This document shows positions 32,161 through 32,571 of a stretch of 32,571 bases of DNA, piece after piece. The notes beneath the pieces are model-generated. The model searched no databases and was not told the DNA's origin. It was given only the letters and a program-made list of their open reading frames with translations. Origin of the DNA: Catajapyx aquilonaris (Eukaryota). Positions within the stretch are counted from its first letter, which is position 1. Each line of letters begins with the position of its first letter. The position numbers and the translations under genes were made by a program. Location: NCBI GenBank assembly GCA_000934665.2, contig JYFJ02004377.1, positions 1 through 32,571 of the forward strand. The letters run 5' to 3'.

Positions 32161-32309
32161 ATGCCAGTCTTTCCTCTCTTCTTTTTCCTCTTCGTTTCTC
32201 CCTCCATCTGTCCCACCTTTGCTTCTTCTTACAGCCAGATAGCCACAGTTGCTTTGGCTTCTTCCAAATAAACCAAACCAAACCAAACCACTCCCCTCTA
32301 CAGCCTTTC

Positions 32310-32480
32310 TTATTAGAGCGATTGTGAGCTCTGAACTGGCACCGTGGCAGAGGCTAGATGCAATAAGAACTTTTGTGTATCCAGCTATGGTATACCCCAT
32401 GCGCATGGGCCTGCTCCCGAAGACTTCATGGGCCGAGTTGGACCGGGAGTTACGCCCACTAATCAAGAAGACCCTGTTGA
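32310..32480 (+). mobile_element. NeSL/Utopia (R2-like) non-LTR retrotransposon ORF fragment
   Basis: IVSSELAPWQRLDAIRTFVYPAMVYPMR...LDRELRPLIKKTL matches the post-RT S.LAPWQ(K/R).DA..TF..P motif; preceded by (aaacc)4 at about 32270-32289. Confidence 0.75.
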
Positions 32481-32571
32481 GAACCTGCCGTCGAGACAAG
32501 GAGAGGAGCTTTTGCTTCCCTTCCCTCCACCAGATTGCCTGAAATGCACAGAACCTGGCTGCGACAAGGAG

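Overview
Eukaryotic genomic DNA, very probably arthropod (GT-AG introns and a gustatory-receptor gene with the family's three C-terminal phase-0 introns). The left part (about 3.7-16.7 kb) holds four apparently intact genes. Two are tandem 7-exon alpha-carbonic-anhydrase-like genes on the minus strand, each with a signal peptide and a GPI-like tail, and both have lost two of the three zinc-binding histidines. The others are a 506-aa leucine-rich-repeat gene with an intronless CDS and a candidate N-terminal BC-box, and, head-to-head with it, a 393-aa gustatory receptor. A promoter-like module with RFX X-box-like and forkhead-like sites occurs three times upstream of the CA-like genes. The rest is mobile-element debris (RTE and NeSL/R2-like LINE fragments, a tRNA-derived SINE, several MITE/fold-back elements, a hAT transposase fragment) plus about 14 kb (17.6-31.7 kb) of decayed, internally duplicated, mostly minus-strand coding-like sequence that I cannot assign to a family. 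Exon structures were derived by hand; family calls come from motif recognition, not database searches.
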